From positions 1,760,001 through 1,824,000 of the forward strand of contig OZ245015.1 of NCBI GenBank assembly GCA_965223705.1: 64,000 nt of DNA, written 5' to 3'. Source of the stretch: Myxococcota bacterium (GTDB lineage: Bacteria; Myxococcota_A; UBA9160; UBA6930). The stretch's first letter is position 1; every line of letters begins with the position of its first letter. Shown here in pieces: positions 46,335 through 59,098 of the stretch. The notes beneath the pieces are model-generated. The model was given only the letters and a program-made list of their open reading frames with translations, ran no database searches and was not told the DNA's origin. A program made the translations under genes and the position numbers.

Positions 46335-47414
46335 ATGCACAAGATCCTGTTACTTCCCGGGGACGGCATCGGCCCCGAGGTGGTCGATGTCGCGCGCCGC
46401 GTGCTCGAAGCCGCCGCTGCGGGGGCCGGTATCGCTCTCGAGCTCGAAGAAGCGCAGATCGGCGGAAACTCGATCGACGATTTCGGGACGCCGCTGCGCG
46501 ACGAAGTGGTCGAAACAGCGAAAGGCTGCCAGGCCATCCTGCTCGGTGCCGTCGGGGGCCCGCGCTGGGACGCGCTGCCGGTTCCCGAGCGCCCCGAGCG
46601 CGGTCTTCTCCGTATGCGAAAAGAGCTCGGATTGTTTGCCAACCTCCGGCCCGCCTCGGTGTTCCCGGCGTTGGTGTCCGCTTCCACGCTGCGGCCCGAG
46701 GTGGTTTCCGGCATCGACATGCTCGTCCTGCGCGAACTCACGGGCGGCATCTACTTCGGCGAACCGCGCGGCATCGACGAAAACGCGTCGCCGCCGCGCG
46801 CGTGCAACTCGATGGTCTACGATGAAGGGGAAGTCGAGCGGATCGTGCGCGTCGGCTTTGAATCCGCGCGCAAACGCCGCAAGCACCTCACCCACGTCCA
46901 CAAAGCCAACGTCCTCGAGGTGTCGCAGCTGTGGGTCCGTGTCGTCGATCGCATCGCGCCGGATTACCCCGACGTCGAGCTCGTCCATCAGCTGGTCGAT
47001 TCCTGCGCCATGCTCCTCGTCCGCGACCCGCGCCGTTTCGACGTGATGGTCACGGGCAACATGTTCGGCGACATCCTGTCGGACGAAGCGGCGATGATCA
47101 CCGGTTCGCTCGGCATGTTGCCGTCGGCGAGTCTCGGCGAGGGCGGTGTGGGTCTCTACGAGCCCGTGCACGGTTCCGCACCCGACATCGCCGGGCAAGA
47201 CAAGGCAAACCCGCTCGCGACCATCCTGTCGGTTGCCATGCTCTTCGAACATTCCCTCGACGCGCCGGGTGCTGCGAAAGCGGTGCGAGACGCCGTCACC
47301 GCGGCCCTCGACGCAGGTGCCCGCACTCCCGACTTAATCCTCGAGGGCGAGTCGCGTGACGCGATCGGCTGCAAGGAGATGGGAGAACTCGTCCTCAAGC
47401 GTCTCGGCGGATGA
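46335..47414 (+). CDS. leuB: 3-isopropylmalate dehydrogenase
   Basis: GDGIGPE, RELTGGIYFG, NMFGDILSD, EPVHGSAPD. Confidence 0.97.
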   Translation: MHKILLLPGDGIGPEVVDVARRVLEAAAAGAGIALELEEAQIGGNSIDDFGTPLRDEVVETAKGCQAILLGAVGGPRWDALPVPERPERGLLRMRKELGLFANLRPASVFPALVSASTLRPEVVSGIDMLVLRELTGGIYFGEPRGIDENASPPRACNSMVYDEGEVERIVRVGFESARKRRKHLTHVHKANVLEVSQLWVRVVDRIAPDYPDVELVHQLVDSCAMLLVRDPRRFDVMVTGNMFGDILSDEAAMITGSLGMLPSASLGEGGVGLYEPVHGSAPDIAGQDKANPLATILSVAMLFEHSLDAPGAAKAVRDAVTAALDAGARTPDLILEGESRDAIGCKEMGELVLKRLGG

Positions 47415-48400
47415 GCGCCCCGAGACGGATCGTCATTGCCGGCGCGACGGGCGCCATGGGGACGGAGCTCCTCGAAGTCCTGGCGGCGAGCCGCATCGAG
47501 GTCGCCGAGATCTTGCCCGTCGCCACCGAGCGATCGCTGGGAGACGATGTCGAGTACGCCGGCCGTCTGTTGCCCGTCGAGAGCGAAATGCCGGTGCTCC
47601 GCGGGGTCGACCTCGTCGTCTTGTGCACGCCCGCGGCGGCCGCGCTCGAGTGGGTACGCGCTTGTCTCCGCGCCGAGGTCCCGTGTATCGATCTGAGCGG
47701 TGCTCTCGCGACGAGCGAAGACGTGCCCCTGCTCGTCCACGACCTCGGGTTCGAACAGAGCGACCTCCACAAGCCGATCATTCACGCCGCGACCGGCCCC
47801 GAGTTGGCTCTTCTCCTGGCACTCTATCCGCTCGAGGAACGCTTCGGACTGAACCGCGCGGTCGTCACCGCTTTGGAGTCGGCGTCGAGTCGCGGGCGTG
47901 ACGGCATCGATGTCCTGCAAAACGAAGTCGTCGCGCTCTTCAACCAAGAGGAGCTTCCGGAGCCCGTCGCGTTCAGTCGAAACATCGCCTTCGATTGCCT
48001 TCCGGAATACGACGAAGAGGACCGCGAGCGGGGCACGACACCGGCGGAGCAACGGGTCGCCGATGCGCTCAGCCGCTGGCTGCCGGAGCTCGCCGCCGAG
48101 GTGATGAACGTGCAGGTGCCCACGTTTTCGGGAACGGGTCTGCACGTGAGCCTCGAACTCCGCCGCGCCGCCAGCGTCGAGGAGGCGGCCGCTTGTCTCG
48201 AGAAGTCCCCGGCTGTGGAGCGCTTCACGGCGCCGGCCGGGCCGACCACGCGCGATCCCTCGGGCCGGGACACGGTCCTCGTGGGGCGGCTGCGGGCGGA
48301 CGGGCAACGGCTCCGGTTGTGGCTGTCCGCGGATACCCTGCGGCTTTCCGCCGCCAACGCTGTCCGCCTCGCCGAAGCGCGCTTCGCCGCACTTTCCTGA
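47411..48400 (+). CDS. Aspartate-semialdehyde dehydrogenase-like protein, degenerate active site (Usg-like)
   Basis: GATGAMG, NIAFDCLP, VLVGRLR, LWLSADTLR retained; the catalytic NC and GH motifs are absent. Confidence 0.85.
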   Translation: MSAPRRIVIAGATGAMGTELLEVLAASRIEVAEILPVATERSLGDDVEYAGRLLPVESEMPVLRGVDLVVLCTPAAAALEWVRACLRAEVPCIDLSGALATSEDVPLLVHDLGFEQSDLHKPIIHAATGPELALLLALYPLEERFGLNRAVVTALESASSRGRDGIDVLQNEVVALFNQEELPEPVAFSRNIAFDCLPEYDEEDRERGTTPAEQRVADALSRWLPELAAEVMNVQVPTFSGTGLHVSLELRRAASVEEAAACLEKSPAVERFTAPAGPTTRDPSGRDTVLVGRLRADGQRLRLWLSADTLRLSAANAVRLAEARFAALS

Positions 48401-48412
48401 CGACGCCAGGCG

Positions 48413-49159
48413 GTGCGGGTTCGACTGGATATCGCCTACGACGGCACGGACTTCGCCGGCTGGCAACGCCAGGCCGGCCCGGCGAGGACCATCCAGGGCT
48501 CCTTGGAGGACGCCCTGACGGAGCTCGCGGGGTGCGCGGTGGCGGTGCAAGGCGCCGGGCGGACCGATGCCGGCGTGCACGCGGAAGGTCAGGTCGCCGC
48601 AGCCGATCTCGAGACACCGCTCGCGCCCGAGACACTCCGCCGCGCCCTGAACGCACGCTTGCCCGGGGACGTGCGGGTGCATCATTGCTGCGAAGTCCCG
48701 CCCGGTTTTCATCCCCGCCGCGACGCCGTCGGCAAGCTGTACCGCTACCGCATCTGGAACGGGCCGGACCCGCACCCGTTGCTGCGGCGGACCACGTACC
48801 ACGTAGCTCGCCCGCTCCACCTCGACCGCATGCGGTGGGCGGCGGCCGCCTGGGTGGGTCGGAACGACTTCCAGAGCTTCGCCACCGCCGGTAGCGACCC
48901 CGGCACCACGGTCCGGCGGCTTTCAGCCCTCGAAATTTCCGGGCGGCCCGGCGCCGAGGTGAGGGTCGAGGCCTACGGCGACGGCTTTCTTCGGCACATG
49001 GTTCGGAACCTCGTCGGGACGCTCCTCGAGTTTGGCCTGGGGAAGCGCGAGCCCGCCGAAGCGCGCGGGATTCTCGAGGCCCGCGATCGGGGCGCGGCCG
49101 GGGCCACGGCTCCGGCCAAGGGTTTGCTGCTGGTCCGGATCGACTACGGAATCCCTTGA
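48413..49159 (+). CDS. truA: tRNA pseudouridine(38-40) synthase
   Basis: [30 protein letters not shown]. Confidence 0.97.
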   Translation: MRVRLDIAYDGTDFAGWQRQAGPARTIQGSLEDALTELAGCAVAVQGAGRTDAGVHAEGQVAAADLETPLAPETLRRALNARLPGDVRVHHCCEVPPGFHPRRDAVGKLYRYRIWNGPDPHPLLRRTTYHVARPLHLDRMRWAAAAWVGRNDFQSFATAGSDPGTTVRRLSALEISGRPGAEVRVEAYGDGFLRHMVRNLVGTLLEFGLGKREPAEARGILEARDRGAAGATAPAKGLLLVRIDYGIP

Positions 49160-49187
49160 GTTGTCAGGTGTTTACGACAGCATCGCC

Positions 49188-49216
49188 TTGACGTCGAGGG
49201 CGTCCTCAGGTATCCC
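49188..49216 (+). promoter_or_regulatory. Sigma70-type promoter of rplM-rpsI
   Basis: TTGACG-N17-TATCCC. Confidence 0.55.
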
Positions 49217-49250
49217 ATGCGCTCCTTCAGAGGGGAGGCCCGCTGGGAAG

Positions 49251-49703
49251 ATGGGAGCCGTTTCCCACCGCGCAACACAGCCCGCTCGCCCGGGCGACAT
49301 CACGCCGGTCTGGTACGTGATCGACGCCGAGGATCAGATCCTCGGTCGTCTCGCGACACGTGTGGCGACCGTTCTGCGCGGGAAGCATCGCGCGCTCTAC
49401 ACGCCCCACGCCGACACGGGCGATTACGTCGTCGTTGTGAACGCCGACAAGATCAAGTTGACCGGGCGCAAGCGCGAACAGAAGAAGTACTACCGCCACT
49501 CGGGATGGGTCGGCGGCTTGCGGGAGACGACCGCGGGCAAGCTCCTCGACGGGCCGCATCCGGAGCGCGTGATCGAGCACGCGATCAAGGGGATGCTCCC
49601 CAAGAACAGTCTCGGTCGAAAGCTCTTCCGAAAACTCCATGTGTACGCGGGGCCCGAGCATCCCCACGCGGCGCAAAAACCCGAGGTTCTGCAAGTTGGC
49701 TAA
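49251..49703 (+). CDS. rplM: 50S ribosomal protein L13
   Basis: [28 protein letters not shown]; exact start uncertain. Confidence 0.97.
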   Translation: MGAVSHRATQPARPGDITPVWYVIDAEDQILGRLATRVATVLRGKHRALYTPHADTGDYVVVVNADKIKLTGRKREQKKYYRHSGWVGGLRETTAGKLLDGPHPERVIEHAIKGMLPKNSLGRKLFRKLHVYAGPEHPHAAQKPEVLQVG

Positions 49704-50097
49704 CGCGCAAGAAATTCTCGCGAACGCGACGGGCAAGCGGAAGACATCGATCGCCCGTGTTCGCGTCGCGCTCGGCACGGGCAACTTCAAGATCAACGGA
49801 CGCGGTCTCGAGGACTACTTCCCGAGAGAAGCGCTTCAGATGCAGATCCGGCAACCGCTCGAGGCGGTCAACGCCGTCGGCAACTACGACATCTTCGCGA
49901 ACCTCTCGGGCGGCGGCGTCGGCGGCCAAGCGGGTGCGCTCCGCCACGGCATCGCCCGGGCGCTCGAGAAGATCGATCCTTCGCTCCGGCCGGCGCTCAA
50001 GCGAGGCGGGTTCTTGACGCGCGACGCGCGCAAGAAGGAGCGCAAGAAGTACGGGCAACGCGGCGCGCGTGCGCGTTTCCAGTTCTCGAAGCGCTGA
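49696..50097 (+). CDS. rpsI: 30S ribosomal protein S9
   Basis: [27 protein letters not shown] start overlapping rplM. Confidence 0.97.
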   Translation: MANAQEILANATGKRKTSIARVRVALGTGNFKINGRGLEDYFPREALQMQIRQPLEAVNAVGNYDIFANLSGGGVGGQAGALRHGIARALEKIDPSLRPALKRGGFLTRDARKKERKKYGQRGARARFQFSKR

Positions 50098-50123
50098 GCG
50101 CAACCCGGTTTTCGAAGTTTGCG

Positions 50124-50156
50124 AAACGGGAGGCCGCTCGGCCTCCCGTTTTTTGT
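50124..50156 (+). terminator. Intrinsic terminator after rpsI
   Basis: aaacgggaggcc-gctc-ggcctcccgttt hairpin followed by a T run. Confidence 0.85.
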
Positions 50157-50178
50157 TGGTGTCCGAAGGAGGAGAAAG

Positions 50179-51216
50179 ATGCGAGTCGCGATCGTTGGAG
50201 CGAGTGGTTACACCGGTCTCGAGCTGCTCCGTCTTCTCTTCCGACACTCCGACGTCGAGATCACCGTCGCGACGTCGGAGCAACGAGCGGGCGAGGCGCT
50301 GGGCGAAGCGTATCCGGCTTTCGCCGAATGCAGCGCGTTGGTTCTCGAGTCGGCAAATGCCTCGCGAATCGCCGATCGCGCCGACGTCGCGTTTTGCGCG
50401 TTGCCTCACGGAACGTCCGCGCCGATGGTCGATGCGCTCCTGAACCGCGGCCTGCGGGTGGTCGACCTCTCCGCGGACTTTCGCCTGACCGACGCCGATG
50501 CCTACAAGCAGTGGTACGGAGAACACAAAGCGCCGGAGCGTTTTGGTACAGCGGTCTATGGGATTCCCGAACTGAATCGGGAAGCGCTCCGGAGCACCGA
50601 GCTCGTGGCGACGCCCGGCTGCTATCCGACTTCGGCGCTCCTTCCCCTGGTGCCGTTCCTGCGCGAAGGCCTGATCGAAACCGACGCGATCCACATCGAC
50701 AGCAAGTCCGGCGTGAGCGGCGCGGGGCGCAAGCTCGACGCGGGTTACTTGTTCGCGGAGCTTGCGGAGAATTGGCACGCGTACGGCGTGGCCGGGGCGC
50801 ACCGGCACGTTCCGGAAATCGAGCAGGAAGCTGCGCTCGTCGCCGGCGAGACGGTTCGGGTCGCCTTCACGCCGCACCTCCTGCCGGTGGTTCGGGGGAT
50901 GAGCACGTCGATCTACGCCCGTCCCAGGCGGTCGCTGTCGGCTGGGGAAGCGCGGGAAGTCCTGGTCGCCGCGTACGCTTCGGAGCGCTTTGTCCGCGTG
51001 ACACCGGAAGGAAGAACGCCGCGGGTTTCCTCCGTCCGCGCGTCGAATTACTGCGATGTGGCGGCGACCGTCGACGCGCGCACCGGCAGCCTGATCCTGC
51101 TCTCCGCGCTCGATAATTTGACGAAAGGCGCTTCGGGCCAGGCGGTTCAGTGCTTCAACCTCATGTGTGGCTTCAACGAGGAGGCGGGCCTCCAGGGCAC
51201 CTCCTGGGTTCCGTAA
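50179..51216 (+). CDS. argC: N-acetyl-gamma-glutamyl-phosphate reductase
   Basis: GASGYTG, DLSADFR, PGCYPT, SGVSGAG, DNLTKGASGQAVQ. Confidence 0.97.
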   Translation: MRVAIVGASGYTGLELLRLLFRHSDVEITVATSEQRAGEALGEAYPAFAECSALVLESANASRIADRADVAFCALPHGTSAPMVDALLNRGLRVVDLSADFRLTDADAYKQWYGEHKAPERFGTAVYGIPELNREALRSTELVATPGCYPTSALLPLVPFLREGLIETDAIHIDSKSGVSGAGRKLDAGYLFAELAENWHAYGVAGAHRHVPEIEQEAALVAGETVRVAFTPHLLPVVRGMSTSIYARPRRSLSAGEAREVLVAAYASERFVRVTPEGRTPRVSSVRASNYCDVAATVDARTGSLILLSALDNLTKGASGQAVQCFNLMCGFNEEAGLQGTSWVP

Positions 51217-51252
51217 ACCCTTGTTTCAAAAAGCGAATGCGCCGCGCTGAAA

Positions 51253-51282
51253 TTGACAGCCCGCGCGCACCCGCGGTATACC
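51253..51282 (+). promoter_or_regulatory. Sigma70-type promoter of NUDIX-pyrG
   Basis: TTGACA-N18-TATACC. Confidence 0.5.
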
Positions 51283-51288
51283 CCATGA

Positions 51289-54131
<2,843 letters not shown>

Positions 54132-54166
54132 CCCCGGAAATTCGGACAGGAGCCTCCGACGCGCCA

Positions 54167-54181
54167 CTACGATTTTCGTAG
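54167..54181. promoter_or_regulatory. Palindromic operator, probably for the HxlR regulator
   Basis: Perfect CTACGA-TTT-TCGTAG between the divergent regulator and monooxygenase genes. Confidence 0.6.
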
Positions 54182-54234
54182 CAGTATCGTCGGTGGTCCT
54201 TCCCTAGCCTCCTAATCTCAAGGGAGGCAACACC

Positions 54235-55314
54235 GTGGAACACACCCTTTACGACACACGCAAACTCGCCCTGCAATGTTGGGATCACCGCGAGGAAACC
54301 GAGCGCGAGCGGTGCCTGGCGCGTCCCGTGGCGGACGCGCTCATCGCGTCGGGTTTGTGCCGCGCCGTCTTGCCGAAAGACTTGCACGGCCAGGGCCTCG
54401 ATCCCATGGATTGGATGACACGACTCGAGACACTCGCCGGGGCGGAGGCTTCGGCGAGTTGGATCGTTTGGAACAACGCGCTGTTCGCGTTTCTCACGCG
54501 AACCATGGAACCGTCGCTCCGCGCGTCTGTTTTTCAGGATCCACAGTGGATGTACGCGCAGTCCACCCGACCCGAAGGGCGCGCGGTTCCAGACGGCGAG
54601 GGGTATCGGGTGAGCGGCCATTGGACGCTCGTCTCGGGCTGTGAACTCGCCGAGTGGTTGCTCGTGCTGTGCGAGATCGAGGGAGGCGAGCAGGGCTTCG
54701 CCTTGCTGCGTCGGGGGCAATTCGAGATCCAGGACACGTGGCACGTCGGGGGCATGCGCGGGACGGGCAGCCACGACATCGATGTCCCCGAACTCGTCCT
54801 TCCCGCGGAGTACCTCGTGCTCCCCGGCGGCGAACCGACCGTGGAGGCGCCCTGGGCGGTGCTCCCCATCATTGCGCTCATGGGGGCCGGCTTTGCGGCA
54901 CAGACGCTCGGCATCGCTGGGGCTCTGGTGGAAGCCACGTTGTCCAGGCAAGACGAGCGCTTTGCCCTTCCGGTCGCGATGCATGAAACCGCGATCACGG
55001 CGTGCCGGTCCCATCTCCATCACTGCGTCGAGAAAGTTTGGCGGCGGGCGGAGGGCGGGAAGCCGGCGGACCCGAACGAAGTCGGCGCGATCTATGGAGC
55101 GGCGGCCTGGGCGAACCAGGCCGCTTCGCGCGCCACCGACGAGCTCTACGAGGCCGTCGGAACACGAGCGATCTACAGTTCGGCGCCCTACGAGCGCGCG
55201 TGCCGAGATCTACGCGTCATGCTTCAACACGTCGTGGCGTTCTCGTTCTGGGCGAAAGACGCGGGGCGCGTTCGATTGGGCCTCGCACCGGAACAGCCGC
55301 TCTACGCGCTCTAG
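54235..55314 (+). CDS. Acyl-CoA-dehydrogenase-fold flavin monooxygenase (HsaA/C2-like)
   Basis: SGHWTLVSGC, DTWHVGGMRGTGSHD, ERACRD...QH. Confidence 0.87.
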   Translation: MEHTLYDTRKLALQCWDHREETERERCLARPVADALIASGLCRAVLPKDLHGQGLDPMDWMTRLETLAGAEASASWIVWNNALFAFLTRTMEPSLRASVFQDPQWMYAQSTRPEGRAVPDGEGYRVSGHWTLVSGCELAEWLLVLCEIEGGEQGFALLRRGQFEIQDTWHVGGMRGTGSHDIDVPELVLPAEYLVLPGGEPTVEAPWAVLPIIALMGAGFAAQTLGIAGALVEATLSRQDERFALPVAMHETAITACRSHLHHCVEKVWRRAEGGKPADPNEVGAIYGAAAWANQAASRATDELYEAVGTRAIYSSAPYERACRDLRVMLQHVVAFSFWAKDAGRVRLGLAPEQPLYAL

Positions 55315-55357
55315 CGACGCTGAGCCGAAAGGAGCCGGGCCTGTCATAATGGGCCCG

Positions 55358-56506
55358 ATGTGGAAACGACTCCCGATGGTCGGCTTCCTGCTCCTGTCCG
55401 CGTGTGGAGAGGTCGAGCCGTCCAACGAGGCAAGCGTCGATCGCGCCGTCGAGGTCGCGCGCGCGATCTTGGCCGAGGGAGACAGCATCGATTCCTTCGA
55501 CCGCATCTCCGCGGCCGGAGTGCTCCTCAGTGCCGGCGTCGAGGATACGCACGAAGCGATTTCCGAAGCGCTGACGAGCGGTGCCTCGCTGGCCCAGCAG
55601 GCCGCCGTCGGGGCACTACTCGGCGTTCCGGGAACCACCACGATGGAGCGCATCACCACCTTTGCGGATGAGTCGGATCGCAATTTCACCCAGGTGTTGC
55701 AGGCGCTGCGCTGGGCGCCGCGGGCAGACGGTCGCGCGCTGGTCCTGCGCGGGCTTGCGAATTCCCAACCGGGAAGCCAAGTCGCCGCCTTCGACATCGC
55801 CGCTGAGCTCGTCGGAGATCCCGAACTCGTAGCCGCGATCGAAGACGCGATTCGCCGCTCCGACGAAGATCATGTCCGAGGCTACGGTGTATACGCCGCT
55901 TCGGCACTGGGGTCGCCCCAGGCCTTTCGGTTGATCGTTCCCATGATGCGCGGGCAGGTCTTCGAGCGGGAGATGGCGGCCGCGTGTTTGGGACACGTGA
56001 AGACCGAGGCCTCGCGCGAAGCGCTTGAATCTTTGCTCGAGGACCGGCAGCCCGGTGTCCGCCTGGCGGCGTGGGCGAGCCTGTCGCACTTCGGGAATGA
56101 GCACGCGGTGGATGAGATCTACGCGGCTCTCGAACACCCCGAACTCGGCGCGACGGCGGCGGGTTCCGTTCGGCGCGCTTCTTCAGAAGCGATCGAAGCG
56201 ATTGTCTTGCGCGCGGGTGACTGGAGCGGGATCGAAGTCTTCGCCGCCGGCCGAGTGCTGGAAGCGATCGGATGGCGTCCGGACGCGGAAGCGTCGTACG
56301 GTTTGGAAAGCGCGTTGGCGACGGAGAGTGAACTACTCAAGCTGCAGAGCCTGTGGGCGGTGGGCTGGCGCGGAAAGAGCGAAGAACGTTCGCTCGCCGA
56401 GGCTCACCTCGGCGATCCGAGCTCGGCGGTGCGAACGATGGCGGCATGGGCCGTCGTCTCGAACCACAACGGGGGTCGCAAGTTGGGTCAGTCGAAGGCT
56501 CAGTAG
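55358..56506 (+). CDS. HEAT-repeat lipoprotein
   Basis: LLLSAC lipobox; repeated helical units (DRQPGVRLAAW, DPSSAVRTMAAW). Confidence 0.75.
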   Translation: MWKRLPMVGFLLLSACGEVEPSNEASVDRAVEVARAILAEGDSIDSFDRISAAGVLLSAGVEDTHEAISEALTSGASLAQQAAVGALLGVPGTTTMERITTFADESDRNFTQVLQALRWAPRADGRALVLRGLANSQPGSQVAAFDIAAELVGDPELVAAIEDAIRRSDEDHVRGYGVYAASALGSPQAFRLIVPMMRGQVFEREMAAACLGHVKTEASREALESLLEDRQPGVRLAAWASLSHFGNEHAVDEIYAALEHPELGATAAGSVRRASSEAIEAIVLRAGDWSGIEVFAAGRVLEAIGWRPDAEASYGLESALATESELLKLQSLWAVGWRGKSEERSLAEAHLGDPSSAVRTMAAWAVVSNHNGGRKLGQSKAQ

Positions 56507-56511
56507 CCCGC

Positions 56512-57123
56512 TTACTCGATCCCGTAGGCGTCGCGACGCGCCATGAACGCCTCGACTTCCGTCGACATGAACAGCATATCGTGGTTTTTGCCGGCGCGGT
56601 CTTTTACTTCGTCTTTCAAGAGGGCTTCGGGTCGGAAACCCAGCTCTTCGAAGACCGTCCGCGCGCCGGTCTGATCGAGGGTCATGCGGGCGACGACTTT
56701 CTCGATGCCCGTAGCCATCGCGATGCTGAACATCTCTCGCACGAGCAAGCGGCCGAGGCCTTTTCCCCGAGCCCTCGGCGAAATCATCAAGCGAAGCTCA
56801 CCGACGTGACGCGACCATTCGTAATCTGCCCGCTGCAAGGTGCCGTAGCCCAGCACGCGCGTTTCATCCTCGGCGATCAGGCTCTGAATCGCGCCACTGT
56901 TGATGTCACGGACCCATTTTTCGACACCTTCGGGTTTGGTGATATCCCGGCGCAAGAAGAGAAGATCGTGGTACGGGAGCTGCTGCGCGAAATCGAGCAT
57001 GAGCGGACCGTCGTCCGGCGTCATGAGCCGCAAGGTGATTTCTTGTTTGTCGACCTCGTAGGTCTTCGGATAGTCGGACAAAATTTCCTCCAGCGTTCCC
57101 ATTCGGATCTGAACTTCGTGCAT
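56512..57123 (-). CDS. GNAT family N-acetyltransferase (PHA-operon associated)
   Basis: ARGKGLG acetyl-CoA motif, FEELGF; GGAG SD; 17 nt downstream of phaC. Confidence 0.88.
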   Translation of the reverse strand: MHEVQIRMGTLEEILSDYPKTYEVDKQEITLRLMTPDDGPLMLDFAQQLPYHDLLFLRRDITKPEGVEKWVRDINSGAIQSLIAEDETRVLGYGTLQRADYEWSRHVGELRLMISPRARGKGLGRLLVREMFSIAMATGIEKVVARMTLDQTGARTVFEELGFRPEALLKDEVKDRAGKNHDMLFMSTEVEAFMARRDAYGIE

Positions 57124-57140
57124 CACGTACTCCGCTTTCT

Positions 57141-58226
57141 CTACACAGATTTGGGTCCCAGCCAGCTGTCGAGCTTCGGCCACAACCGGTATACCGCGTT
57201 GCCGCCCGCGACGAGACTGACGTGTCCGCCCTTGATCACGATCTCGGTCTTGTCCTCACTGCCGATCAGCCCGATGAGGTCTTTCGACGCCGCCGCCGGA
57301 ACGATGTGATCGTGCTCCGCCGCGACATGTAGAAAGGGAACCCGGATTTTTCCGTGATCAACGACATGGGAGCCGATCTTCAGTTCGTTTCGGACGAGCT
57401 TGTTCTCGCGAACGAAATCGACGATGAATTGCCGCGCTGTTTCGCCGGGGAACGGAATCTGATCTGCAGCCCAGCGATCCAGTCGAACGAAGGCGTTCAC
57501 GAATTCGTCATTGTCGGCATTGTCGAGGAGCTTCATTTGCCCCGCCGCCTTCTGTAGGGGTCGCAGCGCCTGCATCGAAGTGGTCATGAGCTCGGGCGGG
57601 ATATTGCCGAGTTCGTCGATGACGCGGTCGACGTCGAAATGGTCGGGATGGGTCCAGGTCTTGTAGAGGGGCATCCCGTCGCTGTTTACGGGCGTCGTGA
57701 ACGTCACCAGATTCTTGAGCGGTCCGTCCGTATGCGTCGCCGCGTACATGCACGCGAGCATGCCGCCGAGGCAGTAGCCGATCATCGAGAACTCGTCTTC
57801 GCCCGTCTCTTCGAGAACGCGATCGATGCACTCGGGAATCAACCGGAGGATGTAATCCTCGAGGCCGAGTGTGCGGTGCTCGGGGCGCGGCGTCCCCCAG
57901 TCGGCGAGGAACACGTCGTAGCCTTGACCGACTAGATACTCGACGAAGCTCTGGCCCTTCGAGAGGTCCAGGATGTACGAGCGGCTCACCAGCGAGGGGA
58001 TCACGATGAGCGGAACGCGGTAGATCTCCTCGCACACCGGGTGGTAGTGGTACAACCGGAGCGTTCCGTTCGTGTGAATGATGTCTTTCGGAGTGACGCC
58101 GACTTCGAGCTCGAGATCGAGCAGCGGTTCGACACCCGTGCGACTGCGGGCAATCGCCTTGTCGACGGCTGCCTGAACGGTTTCCGCGACCGGCTTCGCC
58201 GCTTCTTGGGGTTTCGCCATGGTCAC
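57141..58226 (-). CDS. phaC: Class III/IV polyhydroxyalkanoate synthase PhaC
   Basis: VGVTPK, YILDL, DWG, GYCLGG box, catalytic D (HDHIVP) and H (GGHVSL); about 360 aa. Confidence 0.9.
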   Translation of the reverse strand: MTMAKPQEAAKPVAETVQAAVDKAIARSRTGVEPLLDLELEVGVTPKDIIHTNGTLRLYHYHPVCEEIYRVPLIVIPSLVSRSYILDLSKGQSFVEYLVGQGYDVFLADWGTPRPEHRTLGLEDYILRLIPECIDRVLEETGEDEFSMIGYCLGGMLACMYAATHTDGPLKNLVTFTTPVNSDGMPLYKTWTHPDHFDVDRVIDELGNIPPELMTTSMQALRPLQKAAGQMKLLDNADNDEFVNAFVRLDRWAADQIPFPGETARQFIVDFVRENKLVRNELKIGSHVVDHGKIRVPFLHVAAEHDHIVPAAASKDLIGLIGSEDKTEIVIKGGHVSLVAGGNAVYRLWPKLDSWLGPKSV

Positions 58227-58597
58227 GCCTCCGCTTCGGCGGGAGGCTGTTTCGTCCGCCGCGGGCTTGGCGTCGTGGACGGTCCGGCCGATTTCCGCAG
58301 GTTCTTCACTTCCGCTTGCAACGCCGCGATGGAGTCTTCCAACCGGCCGATCCGATCTCCGAGGTCGAGGATGTCGGACCGAGCGGGGAGGTTCATGTTC
58401 CCGAGGTATTGCGCCATCGAGTCCGTGAACATGCGATGCACGTGAAGCGCTTCCTGGAAGTACTGACCCATACCCTTCGCGAAGCGGTCATCTCCCATGA
58501 CTTCGGTCATCGACTCGCTCCAGCGCTGTTCGTTTTCTTGGAACCACTGGCGCCAGGCTCGGAAGGGATCGGGCATGCGGGTTTCCTGATTACTCAT
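58223..58597 (-). CDS. Small PHA synthase partner subunit (PhaE/PhaR-like)
   Basis: DPFRAWRQW...NLPARSDI...RIGRLE coiled coil; 4-nt overlap with phaC. Confidence 0.8.
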   Translation of the reverse strand: MSNQETRMPDPFRAWRQWFQENEQRWSESMTEVMGDDRFAKGMGQYFQEALHVHRMFTDSMAQYLGNMNLPARSDILDLGDRIGRLEDSIAALQAEVKNLRKSAGPSTTPSPRRTKQPPAEAEA

Positions 58598-59042
58598 CGT
58601 CTGTTCCTTCGTCGTCCGAGTCGTCCTCGTCGAGGTCCTCTTCGGTCGTTTCCGTTCGCGCCGTAGACATCCCGGCCGCGGCTTTCCCGAAATCCATCCA
58701 CATTTCGAGGGCGCGCTGGTGGGTTTCGAGAAGACCCAGCCAGTTTTTGAGAAACAGCGATCCGCCCTGGGTCACGCTGTACAGCCGTTTTGCGGGTCCG
58801 TCTTCGGAGGTGTCCCACATCGACGAGACGAGTCCGGACTTCTCCATCTGTCGCAGGGCTCGGTAGATCGTCCCCGAGTTGTACTCGCCCAGACCGGCCT
58901 CGCTCAGCCGGTTGATGAGGTCATAGCCACAGGCGTGCCAGCCATTCAGCATCGCAAGCAAGTTGGCCGTGAGCATATCCCCCGCGGGGGCACTTGCTGC
59001 CTTCTTGTCTTTCTTCTGCGTCTTTTTCTCTTTCTTGGCCAT
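58590..59042 (-). CDS. phaQ: PhaQ-like PadR-family transcriptional regulator
   Basis: GWHACGYDLI, GTIYRALRQMEK, WDTSEDGPAKRLYS closely recall Bacillus PhaQ; first gene of the PHA operon. Confidence 0.75.
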   Translation of the reverse strand: MAKKEKKTQKKDKKAASAPAGDMLTANLLAMLNGWHACGYDLINRLSEAGLGEYNSGTIYRALRQMEKSGLVSSMWDTSEDGPAKRLYSVTQGGSLFLKNWLGLLETHQRALEMWMDFGKAAAGMSTARTETTEEDLDEDDSDDEGTDDE

Positions 59043-59098
59043 GCCTGCGCCTCACACTAGCTCTTGTGTGCTTATGTGTCGGTTGTATCTGACCGATG

